From Tetramitus jugosus (taxonomy: Eukaryota; Protista; Heterolobosea): 64,000 nucleotides of DNA. The notes beneath the pieces are model-generated. The model made no database searches. It saw only the letters and a program-made list of their open reading frames with translations, and was not told the DNA's origin. Numbering within the stretch: the first letter of the stretch is position 1; each line of letters opens with the position of its first letter. This document shows positions 10,885 to 22,624 of this stretch, piece after piece. The position numbers and the translations under genes were made by a program. The stretch lies in contig OW569351.1 of NCBI GenBank assembly GCA_937625935.1, positions 186,001 to 250,000 on the forward strand. The letters run 5' to 3'.

Positions 10885-11739
10885 TCAAGTGCTTTCTGGC
10901 AATTTTATCCCCTCGGGCTTTGCATAAACAAGGCACCAAACATTGTTGTCTTCCTCCATCTTTCTGATATTGAGCATTGTTTTACAATACACCTCATGTT
11001 CCAGGCCAAAGTCGTTGTATACCATCTTGTTAGCCCCACTGCCCAACAATTGGTTCGTTCCGTTATGTTTGATCAATAACGGCTTATTCCCTCTCACTAC
11101 TTCTCCTTCATACTCGACTCGGTACTGTGGATTCATGTACTCACAGATCCAGCTTGATTGATTGTCATTGGCCACATCAACTGACACCTCCTGTAACTTG
11201 GATATGGGCGAAGAAGTGCTATGAGACACAAGCTGACTTCGTAAATAAAATGGACCTCCAAACTCAGGTATTGTAGACAAAACAAAGGATTGGCCGTAGT
11301 GCAGTACGTTAGACTCACCCAGAAATAGTTTATCCATATCATTATGCATTTTGGCTGGTTTTCCGATCATAAACACAGCTCGAGCCACGGGACCCTTTTG
11401 TTCTCTGGTCGTAACTCCAAATCTATCTCTCAAATGATGTAATTTGGTGTCCAAGTCAACACAGAGGAATGATTGCGTTTGTTGATTGAACAGCATAACT
11501 CTGTCTCCAAACTGGACTGAGTGAACGTCAGATATTCTCAATGGAGTTAATTTTGTTGGTTGGAGATGTTGATCGAACTTATTCTTCATAAGATTCGATG
11601 GTAGGAGCCCCTCTTTCTTCTGCTCTGCAAAGAATTTGAGTCTGGCTTCTTCTATCTCCAAGTCCTCTGACCAGTTACCAATACGAACTCTGGGATGATA
11701 ACAAGAGTGACCCATTAACTGTTGTGGGGTATAGTCCAT
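10885..11739 (-). CDS. CFAP161: Cilia- and flagella-associated protein 161 (C15orf26-like)
   Basis: YHPRVRIGNWSED, FGDRVML, LHYGQSF, RVEYEGEVV, IKHNGTNQLL, NDFGLEHEV and terminal NVW motifs. Confidence 0.85.
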   Translation of the reverse strand: MDYTPQQLMGHSCYHPRVRIGNWSEDLEIEEARLKFFAEQKKEGLLPSNLMKNKFDQHLQPTKLTPLRISDVHSVQFGDRVMLFNQQTQSFLCVDLDTKLHHLRDRFGVTTREQKGPVARAVFMIGKPAKMHNDMDKLFLGESNVLHYGQSFVLSTIPEFGGPFYLRSQLVSHSTSSPISKLQEVSVDVANDNQSSWICEYMNPQYRVEYEGEVVRGNKPLLIKHNGTNQLLGSGANKMVYNDFGLEHEVYCKTMLNIRKMEEDNNVWCLVYAKPEGIKLPEST

Positions 11740-12180
11740 GATTTTAACAACAAGTATCTCGCGATGCCTCCACGTTTATTCATTCGAGGACGAGAGAAAA
11801 TGAGCGGTTGGAACGGCAAAATATTGTGGCACCAACAAACAGTATTCACAGGGTTTCTGAAAAGTCGCGCCAAGCGATTACAACAAAATTCCCTCGCTCG
11901 AGAATTCACCGCCTCCTGAGCGAACACAATCAACAATCGAAAACCAAAAAAAAGCAAGTGAACCATCCACGATACGCTCTCTCTGTTTCATTTGTACTGT
12001 TGCGCAACTTTCAAAGGGATAACATTGCTATTGCACCATCGGATACCACTGAACTCTGTTGTATTCCCCTATTTATCCGTTTAAACGATTCATTCAATCA
12101 ACATCATCATCAACATCACGTGAGTGTGATTATATCTGTGTAATCATCATCATCATCACCAACAACAACAACAAACAACA

Positions 12181-15100
12181 ATGCCACTGTTAAACAATCG
12201 ACCTGTTGAGCGCAGAGTTACATGCCCTAGTTCCATGAGAGGGCTTGATTCACTCGATGCTGAAAAACAATACTTTTACTATCCGTTGACCAATGAAATG
12301 TTTTCAGATTACACGTATGTATTTATGTCTCTCATGTGAGAGTGTGATTGTCATCACAGAGTTCGTTGCTGACACTTTTGATAAATCGATTCATGTGTGT
12401 GGTGTTATGAACGTATGTGTAGTGAATATGTGAACCGTGTGATACTGTACAAGCAACAAATATGGACATGCAAGTACACGAACAAATCAAGACTGACTTT
12501 TGAAGAAGCATTGAGATGTGAGAGAAAATTTCTGTACCGATTGATTCATGATCAATTCAATCGTCACATTCTAAAACCAATATGTGAATTGGTGCGAACA
12601 ATGAATGTTGTTCTGAGTACGAACCTGAATTTGAGTGTGGTTGCAGAGGACATGTTCAATCGATACACCTCTCAGTTTTTGGACGGAGAGGAAGTCATGT
12701 GCCAATTTACCCTCAATCAACCACTGTATGTTGTGTTCTGTTTTTTCATCTAGAACCTGTTCTGTTTCATCTGGAGTGATTCAATCATACTCACACATTT
12801 GTTTGTGTTTGTTTTTCATCAATGTAGTACGCTTGTGCGTGTGTTGCGGTTGGAAGATCGGGCCAATGGCCTCTATCGAGTCAAAATCATACAGCAAAAT
12901 GATGATGAATTGGACGAGCAGTTAAATATTTTTGATTCGTCACAAAATCCATGCCACACGATCCATTCCGATTGCTTGTTCCGATTTGGAGAAGATAATA
13001 TAACGATAGCATCATTGACCGAATGGCTAAGACGATGGACCGTGAGATCGACAGCGACAAAGAGACTAGAATTGAGACCAGAACTTGTAGAGTATTATTT
13101 ATTAAATGATTTCAGTGATAGTCAATTCAACTTGACGCAAATTAAGAACGATGTTGCTGCCATACCAGAAGCATTGAGAGCTACAATGAGAGGACGAATA
13201 CAAGGAGCAGCAAATGGAGGATCAGCTATAATCTCTCCCGCTTCACCTCTCTTGGGTTCAATCACCAGCGGTAGCAATATCACTGGTAGCAGAAGTTCAA
13301 GGAGTGCAACAAATGGAAGACCAAAGCAGCATGCTGATCGAAAATATCCAGTCCAGATACCATTTGATCCTACGAACATGAAGAAGGAAAGAATACCCAA
13401 TCAAGAAAATTTATACATTGTTTTGCCGCAACATCTAATCCCCAGTGCGTTAGAGGTTTGGAATTTTTGTTTTGCTTTCAGGTATGTGTGCAATGATTTT
13501 AAAGAGCAAGTGATGTCATGTTGATGAATCAATTTACTAATGCTTCGTTTTCGCAGAGAGTTTTTGGAGTGTTCTCCGTTCCCATTCTATGATTTGCAAC
13601 AAGCTTTGCTGTTTAGGCACGACGAGGACAAAGCCGAGGATCCAAGTCCATTGCTTCACTCTGTTTTGAGTTCTCTTCTTGTATATTTATTAACTCGAGA
13701 TCGAACTGCAATTGGAAAGAATGAAATCCACAAGATTATACAAAGAATGAAGAAGAAGTTTAACGAGTTGATTGATTCAGAGAATGGAGATGCATCAGAG
13801 AAGTTTATGGACATGAATGCTCGTAGTGCTTCTTCAATTAATGACGCAATATTCAAATTATGTGACAACTGGAAGCACTTGTCATGTATCGTTCTCAAGG
13901 AATATTGGAGTTTGTATGTTCTTAGTCACATTGAAGAAGAGGAGGATCTCAAAGAACAATACTCTTTTGATGAAGGAAAATTCTTTGAATTAGGAGCCAA
14001 GGAACGATTATTTGTGTTACGATTATTGGTCGAACAATGTCTACAATTGCAGATAACAAGACAGTTTATGAAGATTAAAATCATGAATACCCGGAAACAA
14101 AAGCAGACCGCTGCTTATGCAGAAGAGTTTAGCGCTGCAGGGCTTGTGCCATGTCGGTTAGTGATCCTGGGTAGAGATAGATTCAATAATTCATATTGGT
14201 TCTTCCCTGGATACGCCGGATGTATATTTGTTGAAAAAGCAGTGTTTGAGAGTGAGGTGAACGAAGCAAACGAAGAAATGAGGAATAATTTATCGCGCGG
14301 CTCCCCAAAAGCTCTCCAATACGGAATCATTGCAAGCGAAAGACAATTTAACAAACTAATATCCTGGTTGGATACGTCGGAAAGTGTTGAGAAGCGATTA
14401 AAATCGAAGCTCTCCAAGAACGAATCTGCAATCTGTAAGGCCTTCAAACACATGACTCTCATGTCCACTCTGGGAGACTCGGACGACATCAAGCAACAAC
14501 TTTCTCAACGAAGGAGAGACTTGGAGGAAAAAGCAGCAAAACTGAATGAAGATGAGAGTGATGAAGAGAAAGAAGACGAGGCAGGAGAAGCAGAAGAGGC
14601 AGAAGAGGAAGAAACAGATGCTGTGGATGATGAAAGCGAAAGTGGTTCAGATGTCAAACAAGAAGCCCCTCCAACAACAACTCGTAGTTCTACAGTGACG
14701 AGGAGACGAAGAAACACGAGCGGCATGAAGAAGGAAGAATCTGTTGCAAATGGTGCTGCAGAATCGAATAATGAGAGACGTTCACGAAGATTAGTACAGA
14801 AGCGTAAAGTTGAAGTGCTAGATGTGAAGGAAGAACCAAAGAAGAAGGCAAGAGAAACAACGAAACGAATAGGAGCGAATTCAACTGTGGCCGCAAATCG
14901 CAGGACAAAGACCGAATCGAACAACAATGGAGCATTGGTCAAGAGAAAATCACCCGAGGATCTGCAATCATCCATCTATCCCAAGTTCCTATCCATCAAC
15001 TCTCACAAATTCTATATTAACGAGTATGATTTCGCATTCTTGACCATGGCAGACGAGGGCAGCAGCGGAGAAGCAAACACCAGCACGCCAGAGAGTCATC

Positions 15101-15225
15101 ATGAACTGGAGGAGGACGAAGACGAGAATCCTTCAGTCTTGACTCCACCGAGTGGTGATGCAGCTGAGAATGGTGATGAAGAGGTAGACGAAGACGAAGA
15201 TCAAAACAGAACAGAAGACGAGTGA
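12181..15225 (+). CDS. WAC-DDT-WHIM domain ISWI accessory subunit (ACF1/BAZ1A/Itc1-like); introns 12315-12422, 12726-12827, 13482-13556
   Basis: Spliced N-terminus MPLLNNRPV...FSDYTEYVNRVILYKQQIWTCKYTNKSRLTFEEAL is a WAC domain. ALEVWNFCFAFREFLECSPF is DDT. LGRDRFNNSYWFF is WHIM. All three introns are GTATGT...AG and keep frame. Confidence 0.88.
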
Positions 15226-15360
15226 TGTGGGTCTGTCGTCAACAACAACAATTGGATTGTGTGTTTCTGCAGTCGTTGTCTTTGATCACGTGCAACAAAC
15301 CAAAAAAAATAAACCAAAAAAAACTCAACAAGCTTTTTTGATATCATCATCAAGTTCCAC

Positions 15361-16641
15361 ATGTCAGCAAAGTACAAGGCAGTCATTCTTATCGGAGGTG
15401 TCTCAAAGGGAACGAGATTTAGACCATTGTCTCTCGATCTTCCCAAACCGTTCTTCCCTGTCGCTGGACAACCCATCATATCTCAACACATTCAGTCATT
15501 GGTTCGATTGGGCAATGTTTCAGAGGTGTTTCTCATGGGATTCTATGATGAAAGCTTTTTGAGAGCCAATGTTGCCAGTGCTTCCAGAGAATTCGACATT
15601 CCAGTCACCTATTTGAGAGAGCCAGAGTCGTTGGGCACTGCAGGAGGTCTCTATCACTTTAGAAATCGCATTCTCGAGGGCAACCCTGAGCAATTGATTG
15701 TGATGCACGGTGATATCTGTTGCAATTTCCCATTGGAGCAAATCTGTGCATTCCATAACAACAAGCAAGACAGTTCACAAAGCAAGGATGTCACCATTGT
15801 TGGTACACTTGTGTCCGAGGAGGCAGCTCATCACTATGGTTGCATTGTCGAGCAATCCGCAAACAATGAGAATCAAGAAACAATTGGGGGCCCTGTTGTT
15901 CACTATGCTGAGAAGCCAGAGACAGTCATTAGCAATTTGATCAATTGTGGCATCTATGTGATCAATGCTCCACTGATCAACGATTTCCCAAAGATTCGAT
16001 CCACGAATGTGAGTAGAAAGAATGAGAATCCGCTACTAGATAACTCTGGAACCGGTTCTTCAATCAGCTTGTCATTGGAAAGAGATGTTTTCTCATCTCT
16101 TGCTGGCACGAATCGCTTGTTTGTGTACAAGTTGCAAAAAGGTGATTTCTGGGGTCAGATCAAGAGTCCTCGAGCAGCTATCCAAAGCTCACAATTGTAC
16201 ATGAAGCATTTCAAGGAGAATTCTCCAGAACTATTGGCAAAACAGGAGGACATGGGTTGTCGTATCGTTGGGGACGTGGTTACTGACTCGACTGCTCAGA
16301 TTGATCCTTCCGCTAAGATTGGACCAAACGTAACAATAGGTAAGGACGTAATCATTGGCCCAGGTGTACGTATCAGCAATTCAATCATACTGGATGGAGT
16401 AGCAATTCAGGCAAATACCTTGGTCAATTACAGCATTATTGGATGGAACAGCACCATTGGTAAGTGGTGCAGAATCGAGGGATCACCATCCGATAATTTC
16501 AATCATGGGACTGACAATAGAGAGAATATCACAATTCTGGGTAGTGGTGTCACAGTCAACCACGAACTGGTAGTCAGAAATACCATTGTCCTCCAACACA
16601 GAGAGTTGAACGAATCTGTGGCAGATCGAATTTTATTGTAG
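15361..16641 (+). CDS. GMPPA: Mannose-1-phosphate guanylyltransferase, alpha type
   Basis: KAVILIGGVSKGTRFRPLSLDLPKPFFPVAG (GMPPA-type insertion), LGTAGGLYHFR, INCGIY and a hexapeptide beta-helix. Confidence 0.92.
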   Translation: MSAKYKAVILIGGVSKGTRFRPLSLDLPKPFFPVAGQPIISQHIQSLVRLGNVSEVFLMGFYDESFLRANVASASREFDIPVTYLREPESLGTAGGLYHFRNRILEGNPEQLIVMHGDICCNFPLEQICAFHNNKQDSSQSKDVTIVGTLVSEEAAHHYGCIVEQSANNENQETIGGPVVHYAEKPETVISNLINCGIYVINAPLINDFPKIRSTNVSRKNENPLLDNSGTGSSISLSLERDVFSSLAGTNRLFVYKLQKGDFWGQIKSPRAAIQSSQLYMKHFKENSPELLAKQEDMGCRIVGDVVTDSTAQIDPSAKIGPNVTIGKDVIIGPGVRISNSIILDGVAIQANTLVNYSIIGWNSTIGKWCRIEGSPSDNFNHGTDNRENITILGSGVTVNHELVVRNTIVLQHRELNESVADRILL

Positions 16642-16722
16642 TTATCTTCATAGACATAAAGAAGCTACTGTCATGTAAATGTCATGTAAAAAGAAGACAT
16701 AATTCCTCCAAACCTTTTATCG

Positions 16723-17814
16723 TTACACTTTGTTGGTACCAGTTTCATTGATGATCATATCCTTCTTTTGGCTCTTTTCTTCCATTTCCAAACGCTTATA
16801 GTTGGAATACAATCCAAAACCAACAATGGATAGAATTAAACCAAACATGCTCACTGGTTCAATTTCACTCTTGAAGATAAAGAAAGCCAAAATGGTTTGG
16901 AGACAAGCCTTGGCAGTTCCAGAGATTGTGTTTGTCAATGGAGAGGTATACTTGATCTGCAAGAAGAATGCAATGTTAATCAAGAAACCACACAGACCAG
17001 CAAACGTCATGAGAGCCCAGAACTTCAAATTCCACAAGAAACTGACAGAGAGAGCCTTGGACAACTCTCCAGTAACCAAACTCAGAATAAACATGAACAC
17101 AATCGCAATCACAGTGTTATAAATGAGCAAAATCCTGTTAAAAAAGATAAAAGTGTTAATGATCGAATGAATGAATAGACCTCACAATGAACACACTAAA
17201 AAAACATACCAGTGATTGTCCTTGACAACATTCAACTTTTGCTTGACATAAATGGAATTGAGAGAGACGAACATGGAGCTCAACAATCCGAAAAACAAGC
17301 CAAACAATGACAAATTAATGGTTGAAAAATCTCTCACTTTTCCCAATGCACCAACCACATATCCAACAAACACAACACCACATGCGAACAACACATTGTA
17401 CGAATTGGTCTCATGGAACATCAATTTTGCAAACAAAACTGTGAAGCAAATCGATAGAGATCTTGCAATCTGATACAAGTGAACATCCACAAAGTTCAAG
17501 CACAAATTATTAAATGCAAGCATGCAAACATAAACAACAGTCAATGGAATCACTTGCTTTGCAACATTCAAATCAAACTCCAAATCAGGCAAAAAAGACA
17601 GAGCAGGAACAGTCTTGTTCAATGGATATGTGACGAGGATGCAAACAAGAGCAACAATCAATTGATAGAGAGTGGTGGTCAATGGATAAGGGAAGCTAAG
17701 CTCAGAGCTATCATCCAGAATGAACTTGTTCAGAAACACAGTGGAAATGGAGATGACAAAGTAAAATGAGACCACGAGCGCAATGGTGGCAGAATTGTTC
17801 TTTTTGTCGGACAT
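16723..17814 (-). CDS. GDP-fucose transporter (SLC35C1-like), intron 17135-17209
   Basis: YFVISISTVFLNK, FNNLCLNFVDVHLYQIARSL, LNSIYVK, QIKYTSPLTNTISGTAKAC. Splice gives DNHWILLIYN. Confidence 0.88.
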
Positions 17815-17984
17815 TGCTCAATTGTGTGATGTTATTGTTGTGTGTCGCGTTAAGTTTTCTGTTCGCTTCACAATGTGACTATTTTTCCGTACCGCATCTT
17901 TTTGGCGCCTCACTCTAGTTTACAATTAGTGCGTCCGACAAAGATTGTTCAAAGAGAGATAACAAAACTGGGCCAAAAATAAAA

Positions 17985-19397
17985 ATGTCTAAACAGTTGG
18001 AGAGTGAAGATGAGTATACGGAAACAGGGACTGATGAAACAGGAGAGGAATCAGAGTACACTGACGAAGAAGAGGATGATGACTTGGGAGACAGATATAG
18101 CTCAATGACGAGACAGAATGGGGACCAAGATGATTTTGATTTTGAAGAGTCAGATGATGAATCTCACGTCTCTAAACCTGTTGTCTCTCAACCGGAGCAG
18201 TATCATCCCTTGAGACAAAGTTCCGCGAGTAACAAAACCTTGATGAATTCTTCTTCGGTTTCCCGTGTAAATTCTGCGACTTATGCTAATCAACTGAATA
18301 GGACAGGTAGTGCCAAGTCTAGTAGCAATCCCAACATTCAGCAGCGCGTACCATCGGCGGCTGCTAGAGTTTCAAGTGCTGTCAGTACCAGATCGACTGT
18401 CGTTAAGAATCAGCCCTTCGATGAAGTTATCGAGACTGGAGAAAGCGAGTCTGATACAGAAAGTATTCCTAGTGAAGAAGGGACTCCCAGAATGATACAA
18501 TCACAACCAATCACGAACGGAACCAGAGTCAATTCTGGTAAAGTTCTCAATCCCTCCATGAATGAATTGTCTAAAACGCAACAAGCTAGATCAAGTGCTC
18601 ATGGGAACTTGAGTAATAGTATGAGAAGAAATTTAAGTATGGATACTGATGATTCTGTTTCTTCGGACGAGTCTGGGAAGGATGATGAAGATGAAGATGA
18701 GTCAACAGATGATGAAGACTCGCCAAAACCTCTGGAGTACAATCCAAAAGACTATGAACAATTACCTGTCTCTGCTGAAATCAAACAACTATTTGCATAC
18801 ATATCTGCTTACAAACCTCAAGAGATAGAATTGGATACAAAATTGAAACCCTTCATCCCCGACTACATTGCAGCCGTGGGAGAACTTGACCCCTTTCTAA
18901 AGGTACCCAGACCAGACGGTAAACCTGATTTCTTAGGTCTGAAAGTTATCGACGAACCAGCTGCTGATCAGTCAGATCCCACAGTAGTTACCCTGAACAT
19001 TTCATATCGAGATACAAAAATATCCAACCCCGTAACAATTATTAACAGTGTTGAGCTGGCAGAGAAGAACCCTAAACGGATACAGAAGTGGATTGAAGAT
19101 ATCCGGGAACTTCATAAAACCAAGCCTCCTCCAACAGTGAACTACTCCAAAAATATGCCAGATATTAATCAGCTCATGCAAGCATGGCCTGAACAGTTCG
19201 AAGAACTCCTACAATCTGTTGAATTGCCTGGTGCCGAAGTTGACTTCGATTTAGGGGAGTATGTTAAATTCGTCTGTACTGTTCTGGACATTCCCGTGTA
19301 TGGGAATCCTATAGAGTCTCTCCATTTATTATTTACTCTGTATCTGGAGTTCAAAGCCAATCAGCACTTTAGCCAGCAGATTGAACAGCAAATGTAG
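17985..19397 (+). CDS. IFT46: Intraflagellar transport protein 46
   Basis: YNPKDYEQLPVSAEIKQLF, LKPFIPDYIAAVGELDPFLKVPRPD, MPDINQLMQAWP, ESLHLLFTLYLEFK. Confidence 0.95.
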   Translation: MSKQLESEDEYTETGTDETGEESEYTDEEEDDDLGDRYSSMTRQNGDQDDFDFEESDDESHVSKPVVSQPEQYHPLRQSSASNKTLMNSSSVSRVNSATYANQLNRTGSAKSSSNPNIQQRVPSAAARVSSAVSTRSTVVKNQPFDEVIETGESESDTESIPSEEGTPRMIQSQPITNGTRVNSGKVLNPSMNELSKTQQARSSAHGNLSNSMRRNLSMDTDDSVSSDESGKDDEDEDESTDDEDSPKPLEYNPKDYEQLPVSAEIKQLFAYISAYKPQEIELDTKLKPFIPDYIAAVGELDPFLKVPRPDGKPDFLGLKVIDEPAADQSDPTVVTLNISYRDTKISNPVTIINSVELAEKNPKRIQKWIEDIRELHKTKPPPTVNYSKNMPDINQLMQAWPEQFEELLQSVELPGAEVDFDLGEYVKFVCTVLDIPVYGNPIESLHLLFTLYLEFKANQHFSQQIEQQM

Positions 19398-19610
19398 ATT
19401 GTTCAACGAGATAATTGAAACTTGAATTTGTAATAGTTTTTGTAAAAAAGCCCTATGGAAACATCTATTTTTATTTTGATCAAAAACAAAGCATTCGGTC
19501 ATCAACATCTGTACATAAGCACAAACAAAGAAGTAAAGCTTTCACCGAAAGGTTTCGACCCAACATAAACTCACAACCAACTGTAAAACAGCAACAACAC
19601 TTATTATAAC

Positions 19611-20393
19611 ATGTCATCAATTGGTACCGGATATGATTTATCTGTGACAACATACTCACCAGATGGACGTTTATTCCAAATTGAATATGCCGCAAAGGCA
19701 GTCGAAAATAGTGGAACAGCGATTGGTATTTGCTGCCAAGACGGTGTCGTGATGGGAGTAGAAAAGCTAGTGGAAAGTAAAATGATGGAAGCTGGCAGCA
19801 ACGAACGTATTTTCAACGTTGCTCGTCATGCGGGTATCGCTGTTACAGGCTGGAAGCCAGACACTAGACAAATTGTGAACAAAGCTAGATCAGAAGCAAA
19901 GGAATATTTGAATTTTTATGGATCTCAAATTCCTGGTCACATTTTGAACGAGAGGCTATCTAGTTTTGTTCACACGTACACAATGTATGGATATTTGAGA
20001 CCATTCGGAGCAACTACCCTGATGGCTACACATGATGAGATGAAGGGATATAATCTATGGATGATTGAACCATCTGGAACTTCATGGGGCTATCATGCAG
20101 CTGCTGTCGGTAAAGCCAGACAAGCCGCAAAGACCGAGATTGAAAAGTTGGATTTCACTAAAATTACATGCAGAGAAGCAGTCAAAGAGATTGCTAGAAT
20201 CATCTATAGCACACATGACAATGTGAAGGACAAGCCATTTGAATTGGAGTTGAGCTGGTTGTGTGAAGAGTCCAAGAATCAACATCAAAGAGTTCCTCGC
20301 CCAATTCAAGAAGAAGCAGAAGAGTTGGCCAAGAATGCAAACAAGGAAACCGACGAAATGGAAGAGGACGAAGAATTGATTGATGCCGAATAA
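19611..20393 (+). CDS. PSMA3: 20S proteasome subunit alpha 7
   Basis: MSSIGTGYDLSVTTYSPDGRLFQIEYA, AAKTEIEKL, KDKPFELELSW and an acidic tail. Confidence 0.97.
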   Translation: MSSIGTGYDLSVTTYSPDGRLFQIEYAAKAVENSGTAIGICCQDGVVMGVEKLVESKMMEAGSNERIFNVARHAGIAVTGWKPDTRQIVNKARSEAKEYLNFYGSQIPGHILNERLSSFVHTYTMYGYLRPFGATTLMATHDEMKGYNLWMIEPSGTSWGYHAAAVGKARQAAKTEIEKLDFTKITCREAVKEIARIIYSTHDNVKDKPFELELSWLCEESKNQHQRVPRPIQEEAEELAKNANKETDEMEEDEELIDAE

Positions 20394-20562
20394 CTCGGCG
20401 TGTGTGATATATAAAAACAAAACCATCATTTTTCTTGTAAATTTCGATCGATGCATTGTGTCCTGTGCAGAGATGACGTGCCCCCCAAAAACCTTCCTTC
20501 TCGTAACGTTCCTCCTCACAATTCGAGAAAAAAAACGAGAAAAACAAGCGAAAGAGTGCAGA

Positions 20563-22601
20563 ATGGAACAAGACGATGATGAAGCGGTTGCGTGTGATTC
20601 ACAATTGTTGATGGATGAGCCATCAATCACACAGAGTGGTGTAGATGCCGAGTCAGCAACTGATGATTATTTGATCACATCGCCCACGACTCCACTCTCC
20701 CCCTCTCTGGCCACTGGTGATTCCTCCACCTGGGTCAGACGCAGCACTCGAAAGAGAAAGAGTCTGTTGGATGATGATACATTGTATTCTGAGGAGAGAC
20801 TCTACTTGCAACGACAGCAACAACAGCAGCAACACCAACGAAGAAAGAGGAGCAAAACCAACAATGGTAGTGAAAATGGTGGTGGTGGTGGTAGCAGCAG
20901 CAATAGTAGTAATGGCAGTAGCAATAGTAGTAGTAGTAGCAGTTTTATGGGTGGCAGTGGTGGATATAGGAGCAGCGATGATGAACACATGGAGGACGAA
21001 AATTTTTTGCGCTCCAAGATTTACAAGCTGTGTGACATGATTCGCGATTGCAAGGGAAGTGTCTGTGTGTTTACAGGTGCCGGCATCAGCAGAAGTGCAG
21101 GATTGCAGACATATAGAGGCAAGGATGGACTGTGGGTATCAAAAAAGAGATTAACGAGCTGTAAGGCGTCTATATGGTTCCCCACATTTACTCATCGTGC
21201 ACTCAGTGTCATGATGCAAGCTAACATGTGTCAAAATATCATTACTCAGAATTGTGACTCATTGCACGGCATAACCAATGAATCTCTGAATGATCGCATT
21301 GTAGAAATTCATGGTAATTGTTTCAAGGAAATGTGCATCAAGTGCGGTTCAGTGTTCACTCGAGATTTCATTATCAGTATGCCGACGTCACCTACCGTGT
21401 ACCAAGATTTTCTCAAGAAACAAAAGGGTGAGGAGGATGGTGATCATGAGACAAGCAAAAGCAGCACAAAGGATAATAGTGGAAGTCGCAGTAGCGGAAA
21501 AGATGAATCGATAAAGAGTCCACGACTAAACAAGAACCAAAAATCTTCAACTTCTGACAAGCAAACCAAGCAGAAGAAGGTGACAATGGTGAAAAAGGAG
21601 AAAGAAGAGGAAAAAGAGCAAGAGGAAGCATCGTATCCAGTCAGAAGAAGGAGGCGAAGAAAAGTGCAAAATACTCCAGAGAAATCTCAGCCATCCTCCA
21701 GTACCATCACCTATGTGAAATCAGAGACTGAAAAGAACACGGTCGAAGAGAAGCCATCAATACACGACATGCAAAAGAATCAACCTAAAATCAAATTAAC
21801 AGAGAATGATGAAGCACATTTAACTGGCAGATTATGCGAGAAATGTGATGGAAAGTTGCGAGACGTCATTGTGAACTTCGGAGAGTCAGTGCCAGAGGAA
21901 GACTGGGAGAAGGCAGTTGAATTTGGTCAATCCTGTGATATCACAATAGTTCTTGGGTCATCCCTAAAGGTTGCACCGTATGTACTTGATTATCTACACT
22001 GTTGAAATGAGTCCCTTGGTTTACTTACTTTTTTGTCATTAACAACAGCACCAATCAACTCGCTCAACAATCAGATAAGTTGATCATTTGTAACCTTCAA
22101 CGAACGGCGTTGCATGAAGAGGCAGACATGGTTTTAAAATGCTCGAGTGATACTCTTATGTTACAGCTCATGAAAGCGCTTGAATTAACAGTGCCCGACT
22201 TTGTGTTTTCATATCCATTTCACTTGTGTTATGAACAACCAAAGCGAGGTCCACCCAAAGTGTACATTAAGCTCGTGGAGGGAACGACGCGTAATATATT
22301 TAAGAGTGTGAACATACAACTATCCAGTAATGTTACTATTAATTTGAATCGGAAGAACAAATTCAGTGTGTCATTGAGTGATAAGCTGAAGAAGAAAGCA
22401 ACCATATCAGTATCAGGCGAGGTTGACAAAGCAATGTTTTCATGCAAGCTTCGAACTCCCGGCAGTAAAAAGTCGGAAACAAACAATAAGATTGAGTTTG
22501 AAATGACAGCCGACTTTGGCAAGCTGGATACCATGGAACAGAAAATAGAATGCTCACTGAATGCAACCACCTATCAGTGGTCAGTTACACTTGCCGAATA
22601 A
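20563..22601 (+). CDS. Class IV (SIRT6/7-like) sirtuin, intron 21978-22048
   Basis: FTGAGISRSAGLQTYRG, TQNCDSLH, EIHGN, CIKC...TGRLCEKC, VNFGE, LGSSLKV. Exon 2 supplies IICNLQRT. Confidence 0.88.
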
Positions 22602-22624
22602 TAAGGACGAATACAAATTTGATA

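Noticed and set aside
20380-20562. Apparent PSMA3-sirtuin overlap
   Set aside because: The ORF-track start runs through intergenic leader. The plausible start is ATG 20563.
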